From: Mycobacterium leprae TN
Lineage (GTDB): Bacteria; Actinomycetota; Actinomycetes; Mycobacteriales; Mycobacteriaceae
Assembly (NCBI RefSeq): GCF_000195855.1
Contig: NC_002677.1
Coordinates: 1,110,001-1,142,000, forward strand
Direction of reading: 5' to 3'
DNA: 32,000 nt
Positions 11,575 through 20,395 of the stretch are shown piece by piece. The notes beneath the pieces are model-generated. The model was given only the letters and a program-made list of their open reading frames with translations. It had not been told where the DNA came from and did no database searches. A program made the translations under genes and the position numbers. How positions within the stretch are numbered: position 1 is the stretch's first letter; the number at the start of each line of letters is the position of its first letter.

Positions 11575-11819
11575 ATGTCGCAATAGTTATTTGCGTAATG
11601 AGAATATGAAGGTGATCGACGCTGTCACCGCAGGTGCGACACTCGTTGTTATCCCGTAACGGCGAGTCGGTAGCCAAGCTTCGCCCGATGCCAGTTGGTC
11701 GTCACACCTTCTTCACCCGTGAAGAAGGTGTGACGATGGTCAATGTCCCTGTGCGCATTGACCATCAGCAGTTTTGTGCCGACCTCGACCAAGTCGATAC
11801 ACCAAGATCTCTAAAATGA
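11575..11819 (+). pseudogene. vapB: Phd/YefM-type antitoxin (VapB-like) pseudogene
   Basis: The remnant reads ...LRNENMKVIDAVTAGATLVVIP*. After a frame change it continues RNGESVAKLRPMPVGR ... VPVRIDHQQFCADLDQVDTPRSLK*. This matches the antitoxin pattern (ELRN....V.D.V..GE.L.VTRNG.PVA.L.P ... IDP..F.ADLD). Its TGA (11817-11819) overlaps the vapC ATG (11816-11818) as ATGA. Confidence 0.5.
11699..11736. repeat. 38-bp palindrome (18-bp perfect arms, 2-nt centre) inside the antitoxin relic
   Basis: tcgtcacaccttcttcac-cc-gtgaagaaggtgtgacga. All 18 arm positions were checked as complementary by hand. It encodes GRHTFFTREEGVT in the open frame. Confidence 0.95.
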
Positions 11820-12208
11820 CACCCGATCTTCGGGATACGTCGGTCGTGGTCGACTGGCACGATCCTGTGGTGGTAGCCGACTGCCCTACGAGATGGCGAT
11901 TTCGGCCGTTATGGCTGCTGAGTTGGCCGCCGGTCCGTTATTAGCCATGACACCTATGGAAGCCGCTAAACGGCAGGTCCGATTGCAGGAGTTCGAATCG
12001 ACTTTGGAGCCAATACTTTTCGATGGGTATGCGGTACGCAGTTACGGACTAATCGTCGCAGCCGTGGTGCGCGAAGGAAAAGCCGCGAAGCAGGTTCGCC
12101 GATCTTTCGATCACTGCGACGACGCACGCTAACCGTTTAGACCTCTATAGCCGCAACACTGATCACTTTACCGGCTTTGAAAACCTGATCCGCGTCGTTG
12201 CCATCTGA
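11816..12208 (+). pseudogene. vapC: PIN-domain toxin VapC pseudogene
   Basis: MTPDLRDTSVVVDWHDPVVVA (N-terminal acidic LDTSV motif). After a frameshift near 11878 the sequence continues LPYEMAISAVMAAELAAGPLLAMTPMEAAKRQVRLQEFESTLEPILFDGYAVRSYGLIVAAVVREGKAAK. After a further frameshift near 12100 it ends ATTHANRLDLYSRNTDHFTGFENLIRVVAI*. This is the classic VapC layout. Confidence 0.7.
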
Positions 12209-12415
12209 CTCTGTAATGCATCTGGGCTTGCTCCGCAGTCCTGTTGCGTTGGGGCAGCCACTTTGACACCGATGTCTGGTGCTGTCACGTAGATGAGCAT
12301 GGCGCAGAGTTCGTGGTGACGACTATATCTTCGCGATAAACGTCCATGTGGTGGAAGTGGGTTCTGGCGCAGCGGACTAATCCTTCAAACAAGGTTGGTT
12401 AGATGGTGACAGATT

Positions 12416-13020
12416 CTATTCCGTGTCACCGGATCTTGTGGCTTCCTCCCGGGTGAGGCCGACAGCGAGGATCAGCTCTTCGTGTAGTTCGAACCACACG
12501 GTGTGGTAGGAATCGATGAGTGGCTTAGTGAACCAGGCGATCTCTCCAGCCTTGACCTTATCCAGCGCTGTATGCAGTTTCACCAGATAAACACTCAACC
12601 GTGACAGCCGTGTCGCCGCCACCTCGATGATCGGAAACACCCGCTCGTGCACTGCATCGAGGCGCGCCAAAATCGCGGCATCGTATTCGGGGTCCTCGTG
12701 GGTATTGACATGCCGTCTTTTAGCTGACAATTTGTGATCAATTCCTTGAAATCAAGTTCAACGGAATGGAATTCGTGATAGTAAGTGGCAAGTTCGGTAG
12801 CATCGATACCCTTACACTCCGCGTCGAGCAACGCGTTCAACTTTGCGTGGTCGGTCGGGCTAATCCTCAATGTCATTTCCCCAACCAATAGGCCGGCTGC
12901 GGTTAGTTGTTCTACGGTTTTGGTTACCTCGACAAGGTCGTCGTACAAAGTTGCGGCCAAGTCGGTAGAACTTACCCGGCCCTTCAGCCGAACTGCTTGC
13001 AGCACTGTCAGTTCAGTCAC
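12416..13020 (-). pseudogene. Rv1126c-like small protein with an N-terminal winged-helix-like region, split by one frameshift
   Basis: Two overlapping minus ORFs (12595..13020 and 12416..12730) together span about 201 codons, the length I recall for Rv1126c. The sensible peptide switches frame at ...ELITNCQLK / RRHVNTHEDPEYDAAILARL... around 12715-12725. The GTG start (13020-13018) overlaps the TGA of the upstream PPDK-like gene (13019-13017). Confidence 0.6.
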
Positions 13021-14699
13021 GATTTGGCGCTTGAATCCTTTGAGTCTTGCAGCCGCAGAGTGGTCATCATGACGATTAGCGGGGTGGCTGACACCACGTC
13101 GGCATGCCCAGTGTTTATGGCTAAGCGCACCGCAGTATCGGACGAGTCATCCAGCCTCGTGTGGTCCTCGGTCATGTGCACGCGCAGTGGGCTGATACGT
13201 CGTGCTATGTCGGCCAGCTCGCGCAGCTCCGGCGTTTCGTTCTCCGACCACGCGGACAGTGTCAGATTGCCTTGGCGTACCTCGCCTTTGTCGCCGTCAA
13301 CGGTGATCTGCTTACCAGCCAACGATACGGCGGTTCCCTGGCCGCAGCCCACTACGGCCACTCGGCTGAGTTCGCGGCTGACCACTGCCGCATGACTGGC
13401 GGCACCGCCGACCTCGGTGACAACCCCCTGTGATGCCAACATGCCAAGGACGTCGTCGGGCCTGGTGTGGTCGCGCACCAGGATAACCTGTTCGGCCGAC
13501 TCGGCAGCGTCTAATGCTTCATCAACTTCGGTGTACGCCTTGCCTGATATCACACCCGGGCAAGTGGGCGTGCCTTTGGCTAAAAGTGTTGCAGATAAAT
13601 GGTTTTCCGGTTGCAGTACGGGTAGCAACACGGTCTCGACATGCACCGGGGTCACCCGGCGCAGTGCCTCGGCATCGTCGATGAGCCCCTCCTGCCACAG
13701 TTGCAGCGCCAGGCGCACCGCGACCTGCGCCGAGCGTTCCGCGACCCGGGTCTGCAGCAGCCATAACTTGCTGTCCTCGGTGGTGAACTCGATCTCTTGC
13801 ACGTCAGATCCCAGTCGCTCCAAGCGGCCAGCGGTGTCCACTAGCTCGTCGTAGACAGTAGGTTGCTCGTCACGCAGGGACGTGATCGGCTGGACTTCAA
13901 CCAATCCTGACACCACATCGTCGCCTTGTCCGCCAGGCAACCACTCGCCGAACAGTTTACTCTCTCTGGTTATCGGATTGCGGGAAAATAACGTTCCGGC
14001 TCCCGAGTAGGCGCCTTGGTTGCCAAACACCATCGCTTGCACAATCACAGCTGTACCACTCTGATCGTCTAGACCGTAGTGGGTGCGGTAAGCAACCGCG
14101 CGAGGAGAGTTCCATGAGGAGAAAATTGACTCTATGGCCGCGCGTAATTGGTCATAGGTATTGGCGGGTGGGGGATTTAACGGATCCACTATGCGCCGAT
14201 ACGTGCGTATGAACCGCAGACGGGTGTCGCGGGCAAAGGTTTGGGGGATCGGCGAGGGGCTGGCCGCTGCCAGTGCCTGCTCGACGGGATCATTTATGCC
14301 TAAGTTTAGAATGGTGTCCATCATCCCGGGCATCGATTGGACGGCTCCGGAGCGAATGCTGACCAGCAATGGCCGCGGTCCCCACCCAAATGTGCGTGAG
14401 GTTTCGGCTTCCAGCCATCGCATCTGGTCCAGCACGTCGTTCCAGATCGCTTCCATCGTCGGCGTGGGAGCGGCCAAATACCGAACGCCGACCTCGGTGG
14501 TGATGCAGAACGCTGGGGGTACTGCCAGTTGGTGTCGGCGCATCGCGTTGATGTTATAGCCCTTGCCGCCCAGGAGTTCCCGCGTTTGGTGTGCATTACC
14601 ATTCAGCAACACTATGGCGTGTTCTGTGAACGCGGCGACATGTTCGCTCGATGTCGTGATGTCCACTTTGTCATGAGCGTTTCCCAGTAGGTGTCGCAT
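13017..14699 (-). CDS. ppdK: pyruvate phosphate dikinase-like protein lacking the C-terminal PEP/pyruvate TIM-barrel domain (PpdK/Rv1127c-like)
   Basis: An uninterrupted 601-codon ORF runs to 14822. The likely start is ATG at 14699 (MRHLLG...), because the upstream 41 codons are Arg/Ser/Pro-rich and overlap the doxX region. Conserved PPDK N-terminal motifs are present: LLGGKGYNINAM, LVSIRSGAVQSMPGMMDTILNLGIN, GTAVIVQAMVFGN, FSRNPITRE, GQGDDVVSG and EIEFTTEDSKLWLLQTR. The phosphohistidine swivel motif GGAASHAAVVSRE is also present. The ORF ends about 100 aa later with no PEP-utilizer C-terminal domain. Confidence 0.85.
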   Translation of the reverse strand: MRHLLGNAHDKVDITTSSEHVAAFTEHAIVLLNGNAHQTRELLGGKGYNINAMRRHQLAVPPAFCITTEVGVRYLAAPTPTMEAIWNDVLDQMRWLEAETSRTFGWGPRPLLVSIRSGAVQSMPGMMDTILNLGINDPVEQALAAASPSPIPQTFARDTRLRFIRTYRRIVDPLNPPPANTYDQLRAAIESIFSSWNSPRAVAYRTHYGLDDQSGTAVIVQAMVFGNQGAYSGAGTLFSRNPITRESKLFGEWLPGGQGDDVVSGLVEVQPITSLRDEQPTVYDELVDTAGRLERLGSDVQEIEFTTEDSKLWLLQTRVAERSAQVAVRLALQLWQEGLIDDAEALRRVTPVHVETVLLPVLQPENHLSATLLAKGTPTCPGVISGKAYTEVDEALDAAESAEQVILVRDHTRPDDVLGMLASQGVVTEVGGAASHAAVVSRELSRVAVVGCGQGTAVSLAGKQITVDGDKGEVRQGNLTLSAWSENETPELRELADIARRISPLRVHMTEDHTRLDDSSDTAVRLAINTGHADVVSATPLIVMMTTLRLQDSKDSSAKS

Positions 14700-14866
14700 G
14701 AATGCTGGGGATTCCGGTGCAGCTAGGCTGAGTGCCCAACGCAATTCTGACGTTGCCTGCTTCAATGATCGCGGTGTTGATGTTGCTCTCCTGTGCGGTT
14801 CTTTATGGGACTGCCCGGGCAACGGTACCTGCCAAGGATTTGTTTAAATCATCTAGGTTTGAATCT

Positions 14867-15376
14867 ATGACTTCCTATGACATCGGGTTACTGATCCTGC
14901 GGCTGGTGCTGGGCCTGACACTCGCCGCGCATGGCTACAACAAGTTTTTCTGCGGCGGCCGGATACCGGGAACGGCGCGCTGGTTCGAGAGTATCGGCAT
15001 GAAGCCCGGGACGTTTCATGCCACCGTGGCTGCTACTACCGAGATATCCGCCGGACTGGGTTTGGCCGCTGGCCTGTTGACGCCGATTCCAGCTGCGGGC
15101 TTTGTCTCGCTGATGATGGTTGCCGCCTGGATGGTGCACCGACCCAACGGTTTCTTCATTGTCAAGGAAGGCTGGGAGTACAACCTGGTGTTGGCTACCG
15201 GCGCGGTCGTGGTAGCTACGTTGGGCGCCGGCCGCTTCAGTCTAGATTGGCTTATCTTTGGCAAGAACTGGTTCGACAGTTGCGACGGATTGCTGATCTC
15301 TGTGCTGCTGGGTTTCGCCGGGGCACTCGGCCAGTTGTTGATCTTCTACCGTCCGCCGGTCAAAAAGACCTCATAG
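14867..15376 (+). CDS. DoxX-family integral membrane protein
   Basis: ORF 14732..15376. The likely start is ATG 14867 (MTSYDIGLLILRLVLGLTLAAHGYNKFF...), which is the canonical DoxX N-terminus (LRL.LG..F..HG..K). Four hydrophobic segments are visible and the frame is intact to TAG at 15374-15376. It is divergent from the PPDK-like gene. Confidence 0.75.
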   Translation: MTSYDIGLLILRLVLGLTLAAHGYNKFFCGGRIPGTARWFESIGMKPGTFHATVAATTEISAGLGLAAGLLTPIPAAGFVSLMMVAAWMVHRPNGFFIVKEGWEYNLVLATGAVVVATLGAGRFSLDWLIFGKNWFDSCDGLLISVLLGFAGALGQLLIFYRPPVKKTS

Positions 15377-15379
15377 CCG

Positions 15380-16210
15380 GCAAAAGTGCAACTCACCACC
15401 GACTTCTCGAGCGCCTTAGCACTCAGCCGCGGCATCGTGTGCCAACACTTCGGCTGCGATCCGCTCGCTGGAGTGAACCAGTCCCCATCGACACACCCGC
15501 ATATGATGGCCGAGCTTTCTGTCCTGGCCCTCTGGATGTGACCGCACGGCTCACGCAGCGTGTAGCCGAATTCGGTCAGCACCCCGGGTGGGGCTGTGGC
15601 TGGATATTCCGCAACTGGATATAGCGTTAGGTAGACTCCAGTTTTGCTCGTGGGTGGTACTGCGACGTGCAGGCTCGACTTGGTGCTGAACCGATCGACC
15701 AGTTCGCTGGTGACCACCGTTTTGCGGTCGGCGTCGTTCGAGTTTCGTCAGCCGACGTGTGGCCAGTCCCTCCATGATGACACACATACTCCCCGGCACG
15801 GCGGTGTCTGTGCACGTGTCGATAGTTAAGGTGGCCGGCTACTCCGGCGAGGCTTACTGGCCGCACAACACATCGGTACGCTTGATAAGCTCGTCATAGC
15901 AGACCGAAATCTTAAAGACGGCGTATTGATGCAGAAAGCTCGATCCAGCAGCATCGGCTCGTAGTCGATCGGGGTGACGGTTGCCAGCGGAATTGCCACG
16001 ATGGTTCGGCGTGTCCGCACTGTCAACACATTGGTGTGTACCGTGAACGTCGTTGCGGTCCTGTTCGATGTGCCGAACCGCCTGCGACACATGTAGCGCA
16101 GCGCCGAGTTCGGTGGCTATACATTGATAAATAGAACCCACCCCGCCCCACCGGGTCGGGTACCCTGAGCGCCGCCTCATTGAAAATGACAAAGTTTGAA
16201 ACCGCCGGAC
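15380..16210 (-). pseudogene. possible PrpR/RamB-type (XRE HTH, Rv1129c-like) regulator pseudogene, internally deleted
   Basis: Minus ORF 15854..16297 contains ELGAALHVSQAVRHIEQDRNDV, resembling the XRE HTH LGxSxSYxNQIEHDxRPLT. ORF 15346..15717 ends with a Cys-containing tail (ICGCVDGDWFTPAS ... SCTFAGYEV) that loosely resembles the GCRVCER.NCPQRAF ... STVSPYLV end of this family. The span is too short for a full-length gene. This is a weak by-eye call supported by synteny. Confidence 0.35.
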
Positions 16211-17712
16211 GACCTCCATCCGCAGCAAAACACCTCCGATGTGTACGGGCAGGCCAACTCTATCTCCCGTATCGTGCCGGGCTGGCTTGGACAACATGTT
16301 CCTATCGAGCTATTCCTCTAGGTTGATGCGGTACCATTTGGCGGTATCCTTAGCCCCCCCGGGACTTCACAGATTTTCTACCGCGGCAAGGTTGGTCACT
16401 GCCCACTTGCTCATTGTCCACGGGATTGTGCAGCCGTATTGGTGTTTCTTGCCGTCGATGATCATCACTGCTTCGCTGTTGCTGTACCGCTTGTATTCTC
16501 GGCATGACGAACGCCTCCATCAGCGCGTAAATACGATCCTGGCTCGGCCCGATCCATGTGCCGTCACGGTTAATTCAGACCTCGTCGTCACGGGTTTCGG
16601 TGAAAAATGTAGCCACCTACCCTGTAACGTGCCTCCAAAAGGCCACCGAGCCGCCCACTTTCTTAAGTAGCAGCGCAACAGTCAAACCAGCGAATACCAC
16701 TCCCAAAATGCAAAAATGCAATAGTCGTACTCCGCCATGAGTGGCTCCCGTGCAGCAAACTACACCGGTCGAAACACCCGCGAATCTGGTTCCAGCGGAT
16801 TTCTGGTGCGATTCAAACCGGTTGGCCAGTGCACAAATAAGGCAAATTGTTGCCCAAGTTCTCGTCGACTATGACCCGGCCGCCGAAATGCGGTAAGGTG
16901 TTGAGCATACCTTGGCTCGCACTCTGCGATGTTGTGCACCGCATAACATTGCTCCTTCGAATAGGCGCCCAGCAGGTCGATGTCATAGCTTAATTTCTTT
17001 GCTGCACAGAGAAATTTATCAAGTTCAGCAGGAAAAAAACCGCCCGGACCGGGTTGACCAGCACGGTAATTCCCGGGTGCTGACGATGAAGTGGTCGTTG
17101 ATCCGTGTCGCCGCCGTCTGGAGACGGCCAGCGCTGGCTGTACCGCTACCGCAGCGAGGCGAGTCTCGGCGCGACCCGGCCATGACGATGGACGAAACGG
17201 TGGCATCTGGCCACCAGACTTTCTGGCAAAGGATGCGCCGAAGCCAGCCCGAGTGCGTCTTCTAAAGTGTAACACCGTGGGATTGCTTAAAGCCAACCTA
17301 CCGCAGGTAGACATGGCTAAGTGAAGCAAAGGCGCGCGCAGCTAAAAGGTCTGCCCGATGGTCAGGCACTGTGCCGAAGTGGGTTTTGGAAACGCCGGTC
17401 GCATTGCACTTGTTCTACGTCGTAAAAATCCTGCTTTACATCTTGGTTGCCTGGTTGATTGTGCTGACTACCACGGCATCAATGGGTTCCCAGGCGTCAT
17501 GTCATGGTATGCGGAGCCGATCGTGTTCCAGACGGTCGTGTGCTATACGATGCTGTTCTAGGTGATCGGGTTATGCTGCAGCGAGGTGCGCATCGCGTTA
17601 TATTTTATGCGCGGCTGATCCACAAGCGACCCCAAGCTTACTGGCTAGTGGACGTAGTGACAGGAGAATGCAGGCACAGTGTGGTCGTGCAGTGGCCGAC
17701 ATGCTGACCCAG

Positions 17713-17747
17713 CATCCCTGGGCCGACGATGTGCCGGCCCAGGGATG
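17713..17747 (-). terminator. stem-loop about 30 nt downstream of the metE stop (probable intrinsic terminator without a U-tract)
   Basis: catccctgggccg (17713-17725) pairs perfectly with cggcccagggatg (17735-17747), with a 9-nt loop. The 13-bp stem is GC-rich. No T-run follows on the minus strand, as is common for mycobacterial terminators. Confidence 0.45.
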
Positions 17748-17776
17748 TTCGAGTTAGCCGACGATTCTGGGATGGC

Positions 17777-20059
17777 TTAGGCCCCTGCCCGCACCTGGCG
17801 TGCTGCTGCGACCATGTTCTGCAGCGACGCGCTCACCTCGTCAACTGATCGGGTCTTCAGCCCGCAGTCGGGGTTAACCCAAAGCCGTTGCATCGGTATG
17901 GCTTTTAATGCTGCGCGTAGCGACTTGGCAATCTCGTCAGTGCTTGGTACCCGCGGCGAGTGGATGTCGTAGACTCCCGGGCCTATGCTGTTAGCGAAGC
18001 CGACTGCGTTCAGGTCATCCAATACTTCCATGTGTGAGCGCGCCGCTTCGATGGATGTGACGTCGGCGTCCAGGTCGGCGATAGCTCCAATCACTTCGCC
18101 GAACTCGGAGTAGCACAGATGAGTGTGGATTTGCGTCGAGTCGGCGACCCCCGAGGTAGCTAGGCGGAAAGCCTTTACTGCCCAACATAAGTATTCGTCT
18201 TGATCAGCCCTACGCAGCGGCAGCAGCTCACGTAGCGCGGGCTCGTCAACCTGGATGATTGCGATACCGGCGGATTGTAGATCTACGGTCTCATCGCGAA
18301 TCGCCAGTGCTACTTGGTTCGCGGTATCGGCCAGCGGCTGGTCGTCACGAACAAACGACCAGGCTAAGATCGTGACCGGTCCGGTCAACATGCCCTTAAC
18401 TGGCTTGTCAGTTAGGGACTGCGCGTAGGTGATCCACTCGATTGTCATCGGGTGAGGCCGGGACACGTCACCGTAGAGGATCGGCGGACGTACACAACGG
18501 CTGCCGTAGGACTGCACCCAACCGTTCTGCGTGGCGAAGAAGCCGCCCAGTTGCTCAGCGAAATACTGTACCATGTCGTTGCGCTCCGGCTCGCCATGGA
18601 CCAGTACATCTAGCCCGAGTTGCTCCTGCAGTTTGATGGCGTCGGCGACTTCTTTTTTCATCCTGCTGATGTACTCGGCCTCGTCGATCTCAGCGTCCTG
18701 CAGTGCCGCTCGCGCTTTGCGGATCGCTGAGGTCTGCGGGTAGGAGCCGATCGTCGTGGTCGGCAGCGGCGGTAAGTGTAGGCGCGCGTCCTGGCTGGTG
18801 CGGCGCTGCGCTGCGTCACCGCGGTGCGTACCGGAAGCGACAATCGAGTCAATACGCGCGCGTACCTGCCCGTTGTGCAGCCGCGGGTCGCTGCGTCGCG
18901 AGGCAACGGCGGCATTGGACGCCGCGATCTCATCGGCGACCGCGTCGCGCCCGTCGCGAAGTGCGCGTGCCAGCACAACGACTTCGGCCACCTTTTCCGC
19001 ACCGAACGCCAGCCAGCTGCGCAAATTGTCGTCCAGGTCGGTTTCTGGTTCCAACGAATACGGCACATGCAGCGTAGAGCACGACGTCGAAACAGCAACG
19101 GTGGCTGCTGAACCCAGCAGAGTAGCCAACTTGCTCAACGCCGATTCCAGGTCAGTGCGCCAGATGTTGCGTCCGTCGACGATGCCAGCCACCAGAGTCT
19201 TGCCGGCCAGCTCGGGCACCGCCGCGACCGACGTGTCGGCACCACAAACGAAGTCGACACCGATCGCCTCGATGGGCGTGCGGGCTAGCCCCGCCAAGGA
19301 AGCGCCGGGGTTACCGAAGTAAGTGGCCACGTAAATGGCGGGTCGTTTGCTAACTGAGCCGAGTGCAGTGTAAACTGCTTCCGCCAACGCCGGTGCATCG
19401 GGGGATAGATCAGTCACCAGCGCCGGCTCGTCGAACTGTACCCATCGTGCGCCATTCTCGGCGAGCAGTGATAGCAGCGTGCAGTAGATTCCCACCAGCT
19501 CCTCGAGCCGCTGTATCGGTGCGCCCCCGCCATTGATGCCCTTGCTCAGTAACAGGAAGGTGACCGGACCGATAATGACCGGTCGGGACGGAATTCTTTG
19601 CTCAAGTGCTTCTTTCAGCTCACCGAGTATCTTGCCTGGGTTCAGTGAGAAGGTGGTCGCGGGCTCGATTTCAGGAACCAGGTAGTGGTAGTTGGTGTCG
19701 AACCACTTAGTCATCTCCAGCGGCTTGATGTCGTTGTTGCCGCGTGCGAGGGCGAAGTACTGATCTAGGTCGTCGGACACTTGTGCTACCCGGGCAGGCA
19801 GCGCGCCGAGCATGAATGCCGTGTCGAGCATCTGGTCGTAGTAAGAGAAGGTGTTCACCGGTACGGAGTCCAGGCCGGCGGCGGCTAAGTCCGACCACAT
19901 GTCGCGGCGCAATGTTGAGGCGACGGACTCCAGTTCTGATCGGCTGGTACGCTTGGCCCAATAGCCTTCGGTCGCCCGTTTAAGTTCGCGGCGCGGGCCA
20001 ATGCGTGGAGAGCCAGTTACGGTTGCGGTGAATGATTGAGTGGTCACGAGTTCGTCCAT
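17777..20059 (-). CDS. metE: cobalamin-independent methionine synthase (5-methyltetrahydropteroyltriglutamate-homocysteine S-methyltransferase)
   Basis: Intact 760-aa ORF with full-length two-domain MetE architecture. The N-terminus reads [19 protein letters not shown]. The C-terminal domain has [33 protein letters not shown] (zinc ligands His/Cys) and [11 protein letters not shown]. Position and strand match Rv1133c. Confidence 0.97.
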   Translation of the reverse strand: MDELVTTQSFTATVTGSPRIGPRRELKRATEGYWAKRTSRSELESVASTLRRDMWSDLAAAGLDSVPVNTFSYYDQMLDTAFMLGALPARVAQVSDDLDQYFALARGNNDIKPLEMTKWFDTNYHYLVPEIEPATTFSLNPGKILGELKEALEQRIPSRPVIIGPVTFLLLSKGINGGGAPIQRLEELVGIYCTLLSLLAENGARWVQFDEPALVTDLSPDAPALAEAVYTALGSVSKRPAIYVATYFGNPGASLAGLARTPIEAIGVDFVCGADTSVAAVPELAGKTLVAGIVDGRNIWRTDLESALSKLATLLGSAATVAVSTSCSTLHVPYSLEPETDLDDNLRSWLAFGAEKVAEVVVLARALRDGRDAVADEIAASNAAVASRRSDPRLHNGQVRARIDSIVASGTHRGDAAQRRTSQDARLHLPPLPTTTIGSYPQTSAIRKARAALQDAEIDEAEYISRMKKEVADAIKLQEQLGLDVLVHGEPERNDMVQYFAEQLGGFFATQNGWVQSYGSRCVRPPILYGDVSRPHPMTIEWITYAQSLTDKPVKGMLTGPVTILAWSFVRDDQPLADTANQVALAIRDETVDLQSAGIAIIQVDEPALRELLPLRRADQDEYLCWAVKAFRLATSGVADSTQIHTHLCYSEFGEVIGAIADLDADVTSIEAARSHMEVLDDLNAVGFANSIGPGVYDIHSPRVPSTDEIAKSLRAALKAIPMQRLWVNPDCGLKTRSVDEVSASLQNMVAAARQVRAGA

Positions 20060-20204
20060 TTGATCGACTTCATCCTTAAATCGACGGGGTGGTCACCGCC
20101 AGCGGACGCACAGCCGATCCGATTGCAGCAGCACTTCAGGTACATAACCGCACCGGTTTCGGCCAAACGCCCATTCCACGAGGCGATGAGCCGTCGGACG
20201 CGGC

Positions 20205-20395
20205 GCGCCCGACACAGCCGGCAGGTCTTCGGACTCGCAGGCGCGCACTGGATAGGTGCTTCTAATGGCCATCGCTTCCCAGTCTCGGATTTTTCTAAGA
20301 CCAGTGCTTCCAGACGGCGGTCGTTCCTGCATACCGCTGCGGGACAGTCCCGGATTCTCACCGGGTTCCCTCTCGCGATGCTGAGCTAGCATCAC
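20205..20395 (-). promoter_or_regulatory. cobalamin (B12) riboswitch in the metE 5' leader
   Basis: The minus-strand RNA reads ...GAGAGGGAACCCGGUGAGAAUCCGGGACUGUCCCGCAGCGGUAUG... (plus-strand 20350-20370 is ccggattctcaccgggttccc). A B12 box GAGUCCGAAGACCUGCCGG follows (plus-strand 20218-20235). Both are hallmark conserved cores of the cobalamin riboswitch, placed about 150-330 nt upstream of the metE ATG. Confidence 0.9.

Noticed and set aside
12405-12430. 7-bp stem (ggtgaca / tgtcacc) with a 12-nt loop at the stop of the Rv1126c-like gene, considered as an operon terminator
   Set aside because: The stem is short, the loop is large and there is no U-tract. It is not distinguishable from chance.
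16760-17329. 189-aa minus-strand ORF, the longest unassigned ORF in the window
   Set aside because: The N-terminal two thirds are Arg/Ser/Pro/Ala-rich (RRRTRAGFGASFARKSGG...SRRRRHGSTTTSSS), which is typical of a wrong frame. Only the last 90 or so residues (FFPAELDKFLCAAKKLSYDIDLLGAYSKEQ...) look protein-like, and I could not place them in a family. This is probably a fragment of a decayed gene, and it is not reported as a CDS.
18442-19322. Several plus-strand ORFs of 64 to 188 aa (for example 18756..19322 and 18703..19077) and an out-of-frame minus ORF (18658..19098) inside metE
   Set aside because: They lie antisense or out of frame within a clearly intact, full-length metE. Their translations are Arg/Ala/Ser/Pro-rich, typical of non-coding frames in GC-rich DNA.
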